Notes under the pieces: model-generated | What the model was told of the DNA's origin: nothing | Seen by the model: the letters and a program-made list of their open reading frames with translations, nothing else | Database searches by the model: none | Assembly: GCA_964655015.1 (NCBI GenBank) | Contig: CAZZKR010000025.1 | Coordinates: 10,064 to 74,063, forward strand | DNA: 64,000 nt | Direction: 5' to 3' | Origin: an uncultured Nitrososphaeria archaeon | GTDB lineage: Archaea; Thermoproteota; Nitrososphaeria_A; Caldarchaeales; Wolframiiraptoraceae | Shown: positions 29,572 through 38,665 of the stretch, piece after piece | Position numbering within the stretch: position 1 is the stretch's first letter | Layout: every line of letters begins with the position of its first letter | Translations under genes and position numbers: made by a program

Positions 29572-30754
29572 GAATGCATTAGAATTTCCGACAAGGGTTT
29601 ACGAGGAAGGGAAGGTTAAGTTCTTAGCTCCAGCCCTTAAAGAAGGTTGGGAAAAAGCCGTCTCGCCGAGCGGCATGCCCGTCTTCTTCAACCCGCACTC
29701 TAAGTTATCACGCGATATGGCCGTTCTGATGGTTGGGGCATATTTTGATAGGAAGGGTATAAGGGTTTGCGAGCCCTTGGCTGGTTGCGGCGTTAGGGGC
29801 ATAAGGATCGCCGTTGAGACAGGGATTGTCTCAAAACTTGTTCTGAATGACATAAACAGGTTTGCCTATTCTTTGATGAAGAAGAACGTAGAAGCAGCCG
29901 GCCTAGCCGAGATAACCGAAGTTTACAACCTCGACGCGAACGCACTCCTTGCAACACATTCCACCGGGAAGCTTAGGTTTGACTACGTGGATGTGGACCC
30001 CGCAGGCTCACCTGCGCCTTTTCTCGAGAACGCAATACGTTCCTGCCAAAGCGGGGGTTTGCTCGGCGTTACGGCGACGGACTTAGCACCGCTTTGCGGA
30101 ACGAACCCCCTTTCATGCATAAGGAAATATGACGCGGTACCCTATGCGTCGCCATACTCAAAGGAAACGGCCGCGAGAATCTTGTTGGGCTTTGTGGCAA
30201 GAACCGCGGCTAGGATTGGAATGAGTATCTCACCAATTTTGACATTCTACAGGAGGCATTACATAAGGACGTTCGTGAGACTAAATTACGGCAAGACCCT
30301 GGCTAAGGAATCGCTCAAGAATGTCGGATGGATGTACGAGTGCAAATCGTGCGGTAGTGTTCAATGGTCGAGTTACGTCGAACCCATTAAGCTATGCGAA
30401 GTTTGTAGCTCCGTCCCGCGAGTTTTCGGTCCATTATGGCTTGGAGAGTTGGCCTCGAAAGACCTCGTCCTAAAGGCATTGGGGATGGCATACGAGGCCG
30501 ACATGAAGGAGGCCTACAGCTTGCTAAGAAAGATTTCAGAAGAAATCCAGACAATCCCATTCTATTACAGGGTTGACGAAATTGGTAAGAGGCTTAAGTC
30601 AAGAGCACCAAAACCCGCTAGCATCGTGGATGAGCTCCGATCCATTGGCTTCAACGCATCGTTAACACACTTTGATGGACAAGGCTTTAAGACCGACGCT
30701 CCGCGTGAAGTCGTTGAACGGGTGTTTTCCGAGCTTACATCCTCAAAAACTTAG
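29564..30754 (+). CDS. trm1: tRNA (guanine-26-N2)-dimethyltransferase
   Basis: VFFNP..RD, GVRGIR, VDVDPAGSP, TATD, GPLWLG, THF..GFKTDAP. Confidence 0.94.
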   Translation: MDENALEFPTRVYEEGKVKFLAPALKEGWEKAVSPSGMPVFFNPHSKLSRDMAVLMVGAYFDRKGIRVCEPLAGCGVRGIRIAVETGIVSKLVLNDINRFAYSLMKKNVEAAGLAEITEVYNLDANALLATHSTGKLRFDYVDVDPAGSPAPFLENAIRSCQSGGLLGVTATDLAPLCGTNPLSCIRKYDAVPYASPYSKETAARILLGFVARTAARIGMSISPILTFYRRHYIRTFVRLNYGKTLAKESLKNVGWMYECKSCGSVQWSSYVEPIKLCEVCSSVPRVFGPLWLGELASKDLVLKALGMAYEADMKEAYSLLRKISEEIQTIPFYYRVDEIGKRLKSRAPKPASIVDELRSIGFNASLTHFDGQGFKTDAPREVVERVFSELTSSKT

Positions 30755-30799
30755 CCAGTAAGAACAAAGTCCTTAAAGCTTAACCTCATGTTGCATACT

Positions 30800-31399
30800 T
30801 TATTTCTTATCCAATGCCAATAGAAATATCTCAGAACTGTGTTTTCTCGTAGCTGTTGGGACAACCCGCTTAACTTTTTGAAAGATAAGGCGCAACCTGT
30901 CTTCAATGCTTTTTACCTCGGGGCTTTCAAAAAGTTTCAGATAGATACCGCCGCCCTTGCGGACTAGCTCACTTGTTATCCTTAATGCAGCTTCAACAAG
31001 CTCAAGTTGTCTCGGTATGTCAACCTCCCTAATTCCTGTCAAGTTCGACGCCAAATCTGATATCAACTTATCAGCAAGCTCGCCCCTCAAAGCCTCCTTT
31101 ATCTTTTTTGTTACTTCAGGATCTAAAACGTCTGAGGTTATGTTTATAACATTATCCGCGATCTTAAAATTCTGGGGTTTCACATCTACGGCGATGACAA
31201 GCCCTCGCGGGCCAACGTACTTAGCCGCTAATTGCGCCATACCCCCTGGTGCCGAACCTAAGATTATGACTTTGTCACCCGGTTTTAGAAAGCCATACCT
31301 CCTCTGTACATACTGGAGCTTAAAGGCAGCTCTTGAAAATAGCCCAAGCTTTTTTGCTAGCGTAGTGTAGTAATCTCTAGAAGGATGTTTTCTAAGCAT
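30800..31399 (-). CDS. rlmE: 23S rRNA 2'-O-methyltransferase RlmE/FtsJ
   Basis: SRAAFKL, LGSAPGG, ISDLA, LKLF, SSEIF (K-D-K-E tetrad). Confidence 0.9.
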   Translation of the reverse strand: MLRKHPSRDYYTTLAKKLGLFSRAAFKLQYVQRRYGFLKPGDKVIILGSAPGGMAQLAAKYVGPRGLVIAVDVKPQNFKIADNVINITSDVLDPEVTKKIKEALRGELADKLISDLASNLTGIREVDIPRQLELVEAALRITSELVRKGGGIYLKLFESPEVKSIEDRLRLIFQKVKRVVPTATRKHSSEIFLLALDKK

Positions 31400-31402
31400 G
31401 TG

Positions 31403-31774
31403 TTAGACCTGGCTGGACGTGTTAGTATGTTGTCCCATTATCCACTCTTCTAACTGCACACACGTACAAGGTGTTATCATCTTATCCAAGCCGCATGTGT
31501 TTTCATGTGGACATGATGGACATGGAGCACCTTTGATGGGCTCAATGCTCAGCTGTCTTATCAGTGGAACTAACCTTCTGGTCCACCTATCGTTCGCGAA
31601 CTCCTTAACCCGCTTTACTATCCCTTTCTTTTCTAACTTTATAGCTATCCTAGACCCTTCCCTGCTTGTAACACCTAGCTTATGCCAAAGCTCGGATTGA
31701 AGTATGCCTTTATCTTCATATTTCAGTAGAAGTTTTATTGCCCGCTCCTCAAGTTTTGTCATTTTCATCTGCAT
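31403..31774 (-). CDS. TFE beta subunit (RPC34/C39-like winged helix plus Fe-S)
   Basis: GILQSELW..SREGSR winged helix. C-terminal PCPSC..C..PCTC..EEW cluster. Located after tfb. Confidence 0.8.
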   Translation of the reverse strand: MQMKMTKLEERAIKLLLKYEDKGILQSELWHKLGVTSREGSRIAIKLEKKGIVKRVKEFANDRWTRRLVPLIRQLSIEPIKGAPCPSCPHENTCGLDKMITPCTCVQLEEWIMGQHTNTSSQV

Positions 31775-31867
31775 ACTTATCACACCGTAATTGAATAACG
31801 TATCCGATTAGTTTTTTATTCCTAAGATTGCCTTGTTTACAAATATTTTGTTGGCAATATTTAAACA

Positions 31868-32806
31868 CTATTCTGTTTCCAGCTCGATACGTATTCTAAT
31901 ATTTGTTAGCAACTCTTTATATCTATTCCTGATGGTTACTTCTGTTACCCTTGCGACCTCAGCAACCTCTCGTTGTGTTAACTTGTACCCCATAAGCATC
32001 GCCGCTAGATACGTTGCGGCTGCCGCCAGACCCACGGGGCCTCTACCGTCTATCAAGCCACACGCTCTCGCATGCTCTAGCAATTCAACCGCCAATCTCT
32101 CAACATCGCCCTTAACCTTGAAGTTATTAACAAACCTTGAAACGTACAGCTTGGTATCCGGTGAAGGTGGTGCTATGTTTAACTTGCTGATGAGAAATCT
32201 ATAACATTTTGTTATCTCTTTTTTGTTCAAATTCAATGCCGCAGCTATCTCGCTTAACATCCTTGGGATGCCGCACTGCTTACAGGCTAAATAAACGGCG
32301 GCCGCTGCCGTATTTCTTATAGATCTACCGCGCATAACGCTTGTCCTTACTACTTTTCTGTATATGAGGCTCGCAGTTTCCATGATGTTTGTGGGTAGAC
32401 CTAGCTTCAGACATATCGCCGCAATTTCCGATAGACCTCTAATGGAACTTCTTGCGGTACCATTCATTAACGTCATTTTATCGCATCGCTTAATAGCAGA
32501 TAATGTTTCGACTTGTATATCCGAAACGTCCGTGCCTTTTGTATCCTTCCATCCTATCTTGGTCGAGAGACCCATATCATACATAACTAAAGTTACCGGA
32601 GCGCCGACTCGTACCCTTTTTCCATCTCTATCTTGGTCGAAGCTCCTCCATTCAGGCCCTAAGTCGGCCGTAACGTTAACTATAACGTAACCGCAATCCA
32701 CGCAAACTACTTCTCCGCTGAGCTTATCAAACAACAGATTTGAACTACCACACTCAGGACATTTTGTTACCGTTTCGTCATGTATAATTCGCGACAAAAG
32801 TCTCAC
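31868..32806 (-). CDS. tfb: Transcription initiation factor TFB (divergent paralog)
   Basis: CPECGS..GEVVCVDCG ribbon, EWRSF, GRS, TQREVAEVARVTEVTIRNRYKEL. Confidence 0.94.
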   Translation of the reverse strand: MRLLSRIIHDETVTKCPECGSSNLLFDKLSGEVVCVDCGYVIVNVTADLGPEWRSFDQDRDGKRVRVGAPVTLVMYDMGLSTKIGWKDTKGTDVSDIQVETLSAIKRCDKMTLMNGTARSSIRGLSEIAAICLKLGLPTNIMETASLIYRKVVRTSVMRGRSIRNTAAAAVYLACKQCGIPRMLSEIAAALNLNKKEITKCYRFLISKLNIAPPSPDTKLYVSRFVNNFKVKGDVERLAVELLEHARACGLIDGRGPVGLAAAATYLAAMLMGYKLTQREVAEVARVTEVTIRNRYKELLTNIRIRIELETE

Positions 32807-33042
32807 TCCATGATGTAAAATTTTGAACCTTGTGGATACTTCTTATCTGTTGTAAGCTTTATGGCCACAAAATGCGAGTTAACTGGCCCAAAAATGTTGG
32901 TTACATAACCAACATCGTTAAGCTCCTCATCATAGGCTTTAACCCCCAGTCTCGGAACAGCTTTCCCCTTCAATACGGCCTCATTACCTACATTATGAAG
33001 TAGGATGCCCAAAAATACGGGCCCGCGTTTCAGCTTAGACAT
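32803..33042 (-). CDS. gar1: H/ACA RNP protein Gar1
   Basis: VGYVTNIFGPVNSHF. Upstream of tfb. Confidence 0.85.
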   Translation of the reverse strand: MSKLKRGPVFLGILLHNVGNEAVLKGKAVPRLGVKAYDEELNDVGYVTNIFGPVNSHFVAIKLTTDKKYPQGSKFYIME

Positions 33043-33078
33043 GATTAATATCTATAATTGGTTACATTTAAGATTTTA

Positions 33079-33372
33079 TCACGCTTTTGTTTCTTGCCTC
33101 AATAATTCCTGTGCTAAGGCTTTGATGACGGACTGTTTGTTTAATGGTTTATCTGGCCTAACTATGAGCCTTCCGGTTTTTTTCCAATGCGTTTTAGGAT
33201 GAGCAGCAACCTCAACTTTGACGTACCATCCGAGCCTTTGAGCAGCCTTACTCAATTTTTCGACAGTGGGCAGTCTCGATGAAAGTGGTAATGGCACCCT
33301 CCTACCCTCGCTCCGGCTCAGCGTTCTGTCAAAGTATGTGGGCCATATTATGAACCCTTCACGTTTAATCAT
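33079..33372 (-). CDS. srp19: Signal recognition particle protein SRP19
   Basis: IIWPTYFD..SRSEGRRVP, HP..W..GR. Confidence 0.93.
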   Translation of the reverse strand: MIKREGFIIWPTYFDRTLSRSEGRRVPLPLSSRLPTVEKLSKAAQRLGWYVKVEVAAHPKTHWKKTGRLIVRPDKPLNKQSVIKALAQELLRQETKA

Positions 33373-33407
33373 GTAAAGTATCACTCTTTGTAGAATTTAT
33401 GCCAAGG

Positions 33408-33800
33408 CTAACCAGCAGGGGCGATAAGAACTGCGTTTAGAACACCATCCCTGCCAGGTCTTGAAGTAATCTTCGCATCCCCGAGCGGCGTTTCAACTAT
33501 TGCGCCCTTTGTGATTATGCCCCTTCTTTCATAATCCTTATTGGAAGGGTTAGATTTAACCCGGATTATTGTGGTCCTTTCGACCCTTTTTGTGATCGGG
33601 TTGTAAACGTTTACCATATTGTCGGAAACCACTGCTACCTTAATCCCTCCACCAAAAGCATCTTTAATATCTATTTTTCTATCGCCTACCACAGTCAGCC
33701 TCGGCTCTCCTCCACGCTCATACCTCCTCTTCTTCCTGTATGGAATCCTCTTACCGCCAGTCGGTTTTCGTTTATGTATGTCAGTATGCCACTGTACCAT
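33408..33800 (-). CDS. rps8e: 30S ribosomal protein eS8
   Basis: RKPTGGK, NPSN..RRGIITKGA, TSRPGRDG. Confidence 0.97.
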   Translation of the reverse strand: MVQWHTDIHKRKPTGGKRIPYRKKRRYERGGEPRLTVVGDRKIDIKDAFGGGIKVAVVSDNMVNVYNPITKRVERTTIIRVKSNPSNKDYERRGIITKGAIVETPLGDAKITSRPGRDGVLNAVLIAPAG

Positions 33801-33830
33801 AGCAACTCCTTTTTAAATGAAAGGAGCTTT

Positions 33831-34367
33831 TTAACTTTTATTGGGGTCCTTCCCCAGCAACCCCTCTATGTACTTCCTTATTTCTTGGGGGTTGTTCTTG
33901 ATGTTGAAATAGTCTGCAAACAGTTGGGTAGTCCTAAGTAGGAGCGTTCTACCGGATTTTTCTGCCTCAACCAATCCCTTTTCGATTAGCTGTTTAACGT
34001 GTTTGTATGCCTCCTTTCCCCTGGCTGCCGCCAGAACCGCTTGACTTACCGGCTGATGGTATGCTATAAACGACAACGTTTTAAGTAGAGCTGTACTCAA
34101 AAGTGGTTTCTTCACATACTTCCTGACTATCTCTGAATATTCAGGTGCTAGGCACAGAAAGTACCTCTCACCCTCCAATTTTTTAATCCTAAAAGGATGG
34201 TTAGAGTTTTCGTATTCGGTAGATATTTCGTTTATGATCTCTCTGATTGTGCTTTTTGAAGTTGTGCCCACAGCATTCATGAGTTTTTGCAACTCAACAG
34301 GTTTGTCGGATGCATAAAGTAGCGACTCAATAACTGCCTTCATCCAAGCCTTTCTTTTTTCATCCAT
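33831..34367 (-). CDS. scpB: SMC-Scp complex subunit ScpB
   Basis: IESLLYAS, LKTLSFIAYHQPV, TTQLFADYF. Confidence 0.93.
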   Translation of the reverse strand: MDEKRKAWMKAVIESLLYASDKPVELQKLMNAVGTTSKSTIREIINEISTEYENSNHPFRIKKLEGERYFLCLAPEYSEIVRKYVKKPLLSTALLKTLSFIAYHQPVSQAVLAAARGKEAYKHVKQLIEKGLVEAEKSGRTLLLRTTQLFADYFNIKNNPQEIRKYIEGLLGKDPNKS

Positions 34368-35007
34368 GCGTCTCACCTAAGGATATCAGAACTTTCCCAT
34401 CATCATTTTCAATTATCGTTATCATGCCCCTTGATGCAATAAATAGGAGCAGTATAAAACGTCTTACCGCCTCTAACCTATCAACACCGCTCATGATTTC
34501 CTCTAAAGTTACGATTCCTTTACTTTCCAGAACGCCTTTTATAAAATTGTAGAACTCCTCCACTCTTTCCTCGATCTTTATGATGAAGTCCTCGATGTTC
34601 AGCTGCTGTTGTTCGATATTGTCTTGCTTACGCTGTGGTTGCGGCTCGGAGAGAACACGCTTTAGAGCATCAATTAGCTCAAGTATTGTGGTCGTCACGA
34701 ATTCACCCCTTAATGGCGGAAATATCGGGGGTGGTACAAAGTATTCTTGCTTTTGTTTTATGACAGGTACTTCATCTGCATCGAGTAGTCTCTCTGTCTT
34801 CATTCTATGCAAAGTTGCAGCGGAATATACAGCAATCCCTGATGAAATAAAATCAAACAATTCTTTTCTCTTTAGAACCGTGGCTAAAGAGCTCAATAAT
34901 TCTCTTAAGTTAATCTCCCAAACTCTTAGCTTATCCCAGTTTGTGACATCGAAGAGTACGCGCCACGGAGATCTAATCCATTGAATTTTTTCCTCTACGT
35001 CAGCCAG
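34360..35007 (-). CDS. scpA: Kleisin ScpA, probable CTG start
   Basis: PWRVLFD..VWEINL N-terminal motif lies upstream of the first TTG (34896). C-terminal RRFILLLF winged helix. Lies between smc and scpB. Confidence 0.85.
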   Translation of the reverse strand: MADVEEKIQWIRSPWRVLFDVTNWDKLRVWEINLRELLSSLATVLKRKELFDFISSGIAVYSAATLHRMKTERLLDADEVPVIKQKQEYFVPPPIFPPLRGEFVTTTILELIDALKRVLSEPQPQRKQDNIEQQQLNIEDFIIKIEERVEEFYNFIKGVLESKGIVTLEEIMSGVDRLEAVRRFILLLFIASRGMITIIENDDGKVLISLGETHG

Positions 35008-38000
35008 CCTTGACCCCCTCCAGTTTTGTCCTAATTATCTTAGATTCGCCCCTGTCCATATAAACGCCGATGAGCTGATCAGCTTTTTCGGCCAGCACGT
35101 CTTTGAGGCTTATGACTATTATCTGCGTCTTTTCTGACATCTCCTTCAGTAACTCGGCTAATGCGACCGTGTAGGCTACGTCCATGTGGGCATCTATTTC
35201 GTCAAAAATGTAAAAGTCAGCAGGTGTGAGGCCCTGTAGTGCCATCAGGAGCGATACAGCCGCGACAGACCTCTCGCCTCCACTAACGCTTCTCAAAGAA
35301 CGCTGGGGCTTTCCAGGAAACTGTACTACAACCTCAACACCCGAATCGCTCGGTTTTGTCTCATCAACAAGCCTAAGCCAAGCCACACCCTTCGTAAGTC
35401 TGTTAAAGTATGCCGCAAACTTTTCGGAAACCTTTTCCATCGTTGTGAAGAAAGCTCTTAATTTCTCTCCTTCTACCATCTTTATAAAGTTGATTATCTC
35501 TTGCCTCTCTAACTCTAACTCGCTTATTCTGACGGATCTGAGTTTGTAGTTTCCAATTAAAGCCTCGTACTGTTCTGGAGCCAGCTGATTTACAAAGGAG
35601 AGCTCATCTCTTTCCGCCTCTAATGCCACGAGCATCTGCTCTCTAAGCGTAGGCTCGAGTGTCAACAACTCCGTAGCATCAACATCGCCAAGTTCAGATA
35701 GTTTTCCCATCACCATTTGAAGCTGGGATTCTAATTTCACACTCTCAAGCCTGGCTTCTTGCTGCTCCGACCATAACCCTTTTAACTTTTCAGATATCTT
35801 GTTTTCCTCTTCAGCTTGCATGGATATTGTCTGTCTTAATTCATCCCTAATCTTAATCAGCTCCTTATGTTTTATCGACAGGTTTTCAATCTCTTGGTCC
35901 AGCTTACGGAGTTCACTTTCCAATAAAGTTAAACTAGATTCGAGCTCTGATCTTAGTTTTTTCTCCTCGTCCACCCTTAGCTTGCTGGCCTCCAAAGAGC
36001 GGTTAAGTGACTCGACCTCTGATCTATATCGGTTTATCAAGTTTAGGATTTTCCTTTTTGAATCCTCTAAACTTTTAAGAGAGGTGAATCTCTCCGCTAA
36101 CTGTATCTTCAACTCTGTGTATTTCGACTCTAGGATTTTTAGTTTTGATGAAGCCAGTTCAAAATCTTCCTCTATCTTTAGTTTTTTCTCCTCGTCAACC
36201 GGTTCTGTGCTAACAATTTCAGATAACCTTTCCTTGATATTCTCTTCTTCTTTGGCTAGAGTCTCCATCCTTTCGTCTATCCTCTTCTCCCTAGCCATCA
36301 ATTGCGAAAGTGTTTCTTCCAATAATTTACGCTCGGCATTGAGCGATTTAATATCTGCATTCAGGGAAGAAAGCTTTGCTTGTTGCTTCTGGACCTCGAT
36401 TTTTACAAACTCTGCCTTTTTTACAACCTCATCGCGTCTTAACCTTACTTCATTCAGCTTAAGTTTTATGTTTCCAAGATAGGATTCAAGATATTCTAGC
36501 TCATCACGTAACATTCTTGTTTTGCTTCTCTCATCACTAACAACCTTAACAAAACCGCCGGGATAGCAAATTATTCCTTTATCCAAAATTACTAGTTTGC
36601 CTTGCATTGCCTTTTTGCACGCCTCCTCGAAATCATTAGAAAATTCTACATTGTCCCTAACCCATGCTCGAAATTTTTCTAAATCGTCGCAATTTGTTTT
36701 GTCTAGATTGCCGTTTAACGTTAATAACTTACACTCAAAATCAAGAGAGGCGAACATTTCAGATAACAACCGTGTCACAGCATAGTTATCCGTCACGATC
36801 GCATTTGTCCACTCGTTGAGGACTACGTCGAGCTTTTCATCGAGTTCAGGCAGAGATTTGACAAGACTACCCAACGTCCCAACAACACCATCCACAAATT
36901 TCTCGGCCAACAGCTTAGCAAAATCTTCAAATTTCTTTGACGCCTCATCTTCAGGCCGAGTCGCTAATCGTATCTTTAACTCTGTTATAAGGGCCTCGGT
37001 CTTGTTAATAACGTCGTCTGCACGCGCGATGACCTCCGAGTAACGTCCAATCAAGGACATGTAACCGCTTAACTCTTGGTTAAGCTTCGCTACCTCTTCT
37101 TCTGTTATGCGTACCTCGGAAAGCAGGTTTTCAAGCTCCTTGTCAACCTCAGCAATTTTGTTCGTAATCTTTGAGAGCTCTCTGCATATGTCCTCTTTTT
37201 CCTTCATTAGTTGCTCTTTACTGTTCTTAATGTTTTCGAGCCTTAAGTATGCTTCGGACCGTGCCCTTTCCTCCTTAATCTTTGATAATTTGACTTCATT
37301 TAACTTCTTCTCAAGTTCTTTAACAACACTCCTCAGTCCGTTTACTTCATCAGACATCTTTGCAACTTCTTTCTCCAGTTGTTCCTTATCATTCGAACAT
37401 TCCCTAATCTTTAGCTCAAGTTCACTAAGCTCCTGTTCAGAAAGCGATATCGCCGACTCGAGCTCGGCAATCTTTTGTTGTATGTGCGCAGACTCCTTCT
37501 CCAAAATTCCTACACGATTTTCAGAATCCCTTATATCGAGTCTTAACTTCATGATTTTTTCGAACACTTCCTGTCGCTCTTTTACGAATTTTGATAATTT
37601 CTGTTCTATCTCAGATATTTCGTTCTCCGTTGCTTGTAAGTTAGATTTAAGCTCCGCAAGCCTTGCTGATACTTCTTGTTTTGCCCCCTCTAATATGCGA
37701 ACCTGTTCAGTTATATTATCGATTTTTGATTGTACAGTCCTAAGGACTTCGGAGATTTTTTCCATCTCCAGTCTATATTGAAGAGTTTTGAGTTTGGCAA
37801 TTTCTGCCTCTACGGCCTTCTTCCTGAGATACTGGTTCCTCTCTTTCTCGAGCTGCTTAACTCTCGTTCTAACTTCAGCGGTGCTGGCCTTAGCAATTTC
37901 CAAGTTCTTGTCGGCCAGCGCAAGTTGCTCTTCCGCCTCGGCTTTTTTCCTATTGTACTCCGCTATTCCCGCAACCTCTTCTATCAATTTACGCATATCG

Positions 38001-38464
38001 TCAGGATTCATTTCAGCCAGGTTCAATATCGCGCCTTGGGGTAGTATGTTAAAGCCTGAAGGTCTTATGTTAGCGGCTGAAAGTAACGTTAACAATTCTC
38101 CCCTCGATGCCGATCTTCCATTTATGTAATATTCACTTTCGCCGCTTTGGTAAATCTTCCTAGTAATCGTAACCTCATCCGTTTCTATCGGTAGCGCTTT
38201 TTCCGAGTTGTCTAAAGTTATTGATACTTTGGCGTATGCTGCTTTTCCTCTACTATCTTCATGAACTAATTCGGAGAGTCTGCCCACTCTTAAAGCATGC
38301 GGACTCAGCTCGCCCGTTACAAACCTAATAGCATCAAGCAAATTAGACTTGCCGCCACCATTTGGGCCGGTAATTACGACCAGACCTTTGACTAGCTCAA
38401 CCGTAGCCTTCCTTTGACCAAAGGACTTGAACGCATGAAGTGATAATTTTTTAATGTAAACCAT
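35000..38464 (-). CDS. smc: SMC chromosome segregation ATPase
   Basis: FKSF, GPNGGGKSN, LPQG, long coiled coils, SGGERS, FDEIDAH. Confidence 0.97.
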   Translation of the reverse strand: MVYIKKLSLHAFKSFGQRKATVELVKGLVVITGPNGGGKSNLLDAIRFVTGELSPHALRVGRLSELVHEDSRGKAAYAKVSITLDNSEKALPIETDEVTITRKIYQSGESEYYINGRSASRGELLTLLSAANIRPSGFNILPQGAILNLAEMNPDDMRKLIEEVAGIAEYNRKKAEAEEQLALADKNLEIAKASTAEVRTRVKQLEKERNQYLRKKAVEAEIAKLKTLQYRLEMEKISEVLRTVQSKIDNITEQVRILEGAKQEVSARLAELKSNLQATENEISEIEQKLSKFVKERQEVFEKIMKLRLDIRDSENRVGILEKESAHIQQKIAELESAISLSEQELSELELKIRECSNDKEQLEKEVAKMSDEVNGLRSVVKELEKKLNEVKLSKIKEERARSEAYLRLENIKNSKEQLMKEKEDICRELSKITNKIAEVDKELENLLSEVRITEEEVAKLNQELSGYMSLIGRYSEVIARADDVINKTEALITELKIRLATRPEDEASKKFEDFAKLLAEKFVDGVVGTLGSLVKSLPELDEKLDVVLNEWTNAIVTDNYAVTRLLSEMFASLDFECKLLTLNGNLDKTNCDDLEKFRAWVRDNVEFSNDFEEACKKAMQGKLVILDKGIICYPGGFVKVVSDERSKTRMLRDELEYLESYLGNIKLKLNEVRLRRDEVVKKAEFVKIEVQKQQAKLSSLNADIKSLNAERKLLEETLSQLMAREKRIDERMETLAKEEENIKERLSEIVSTEPVDEEKKLKIEEDFELASSKLKILESKYTELKIQLAERFTSLKSLEDSKRKILNLINRYRSEVESLNRSLEASKLRVDEEKKLRSELESSLTLLESELRKLDQEIENLSIKHKELIKIRDELRQTISMQAEEENKISEKLKGLWSEQQEARLESVKLESQLQMVMGKLSELGDVDATELLTLEPTLREQMLVALEAERDELSFVNQLAPEQYEALIGNYKLRSVRISELELERQEIINFIKMVEGEKLRAFFTTMEKVSEKFAAYFNRLTKGVAWLRLVDETKPSDSGVEVVVQFPGKPQRSLRSVSGGERSVAAVSLLMALQGLTPADFYIFDEIDAHMDVAYTVALAELLKEMSEKTQIIVISLKDVLAEKADQLIGVYMDRGESKIIRTKLEGVKAG

Positions 38465-38665
38465 CCCACGCGCCCTACGGCCTCTTTAACCTCTTTGATT
38501 GGACGGGCAATATTTGTTTATACTGTTGGAAGAGAGGGCGCATATCACAGCACCACAATCGCGTCTTACTGGTATAATATGCTACCCTGGCAAATTCTGA
38601 AGTTTAAAGGTTATATTAGCCGTTTCGCTCTTTTCCGCTTAGGTTAAAGGGTAGCTGGTGTATAA

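Noticed and set aside
35226..38129. Long Ser/Phe-rich plus-strand ORFs
   Set aside because: Antisense shadows of the Glu/Lys-rich SMC coiled coil. The same applies to most short opposite-strand ORFs in the track.
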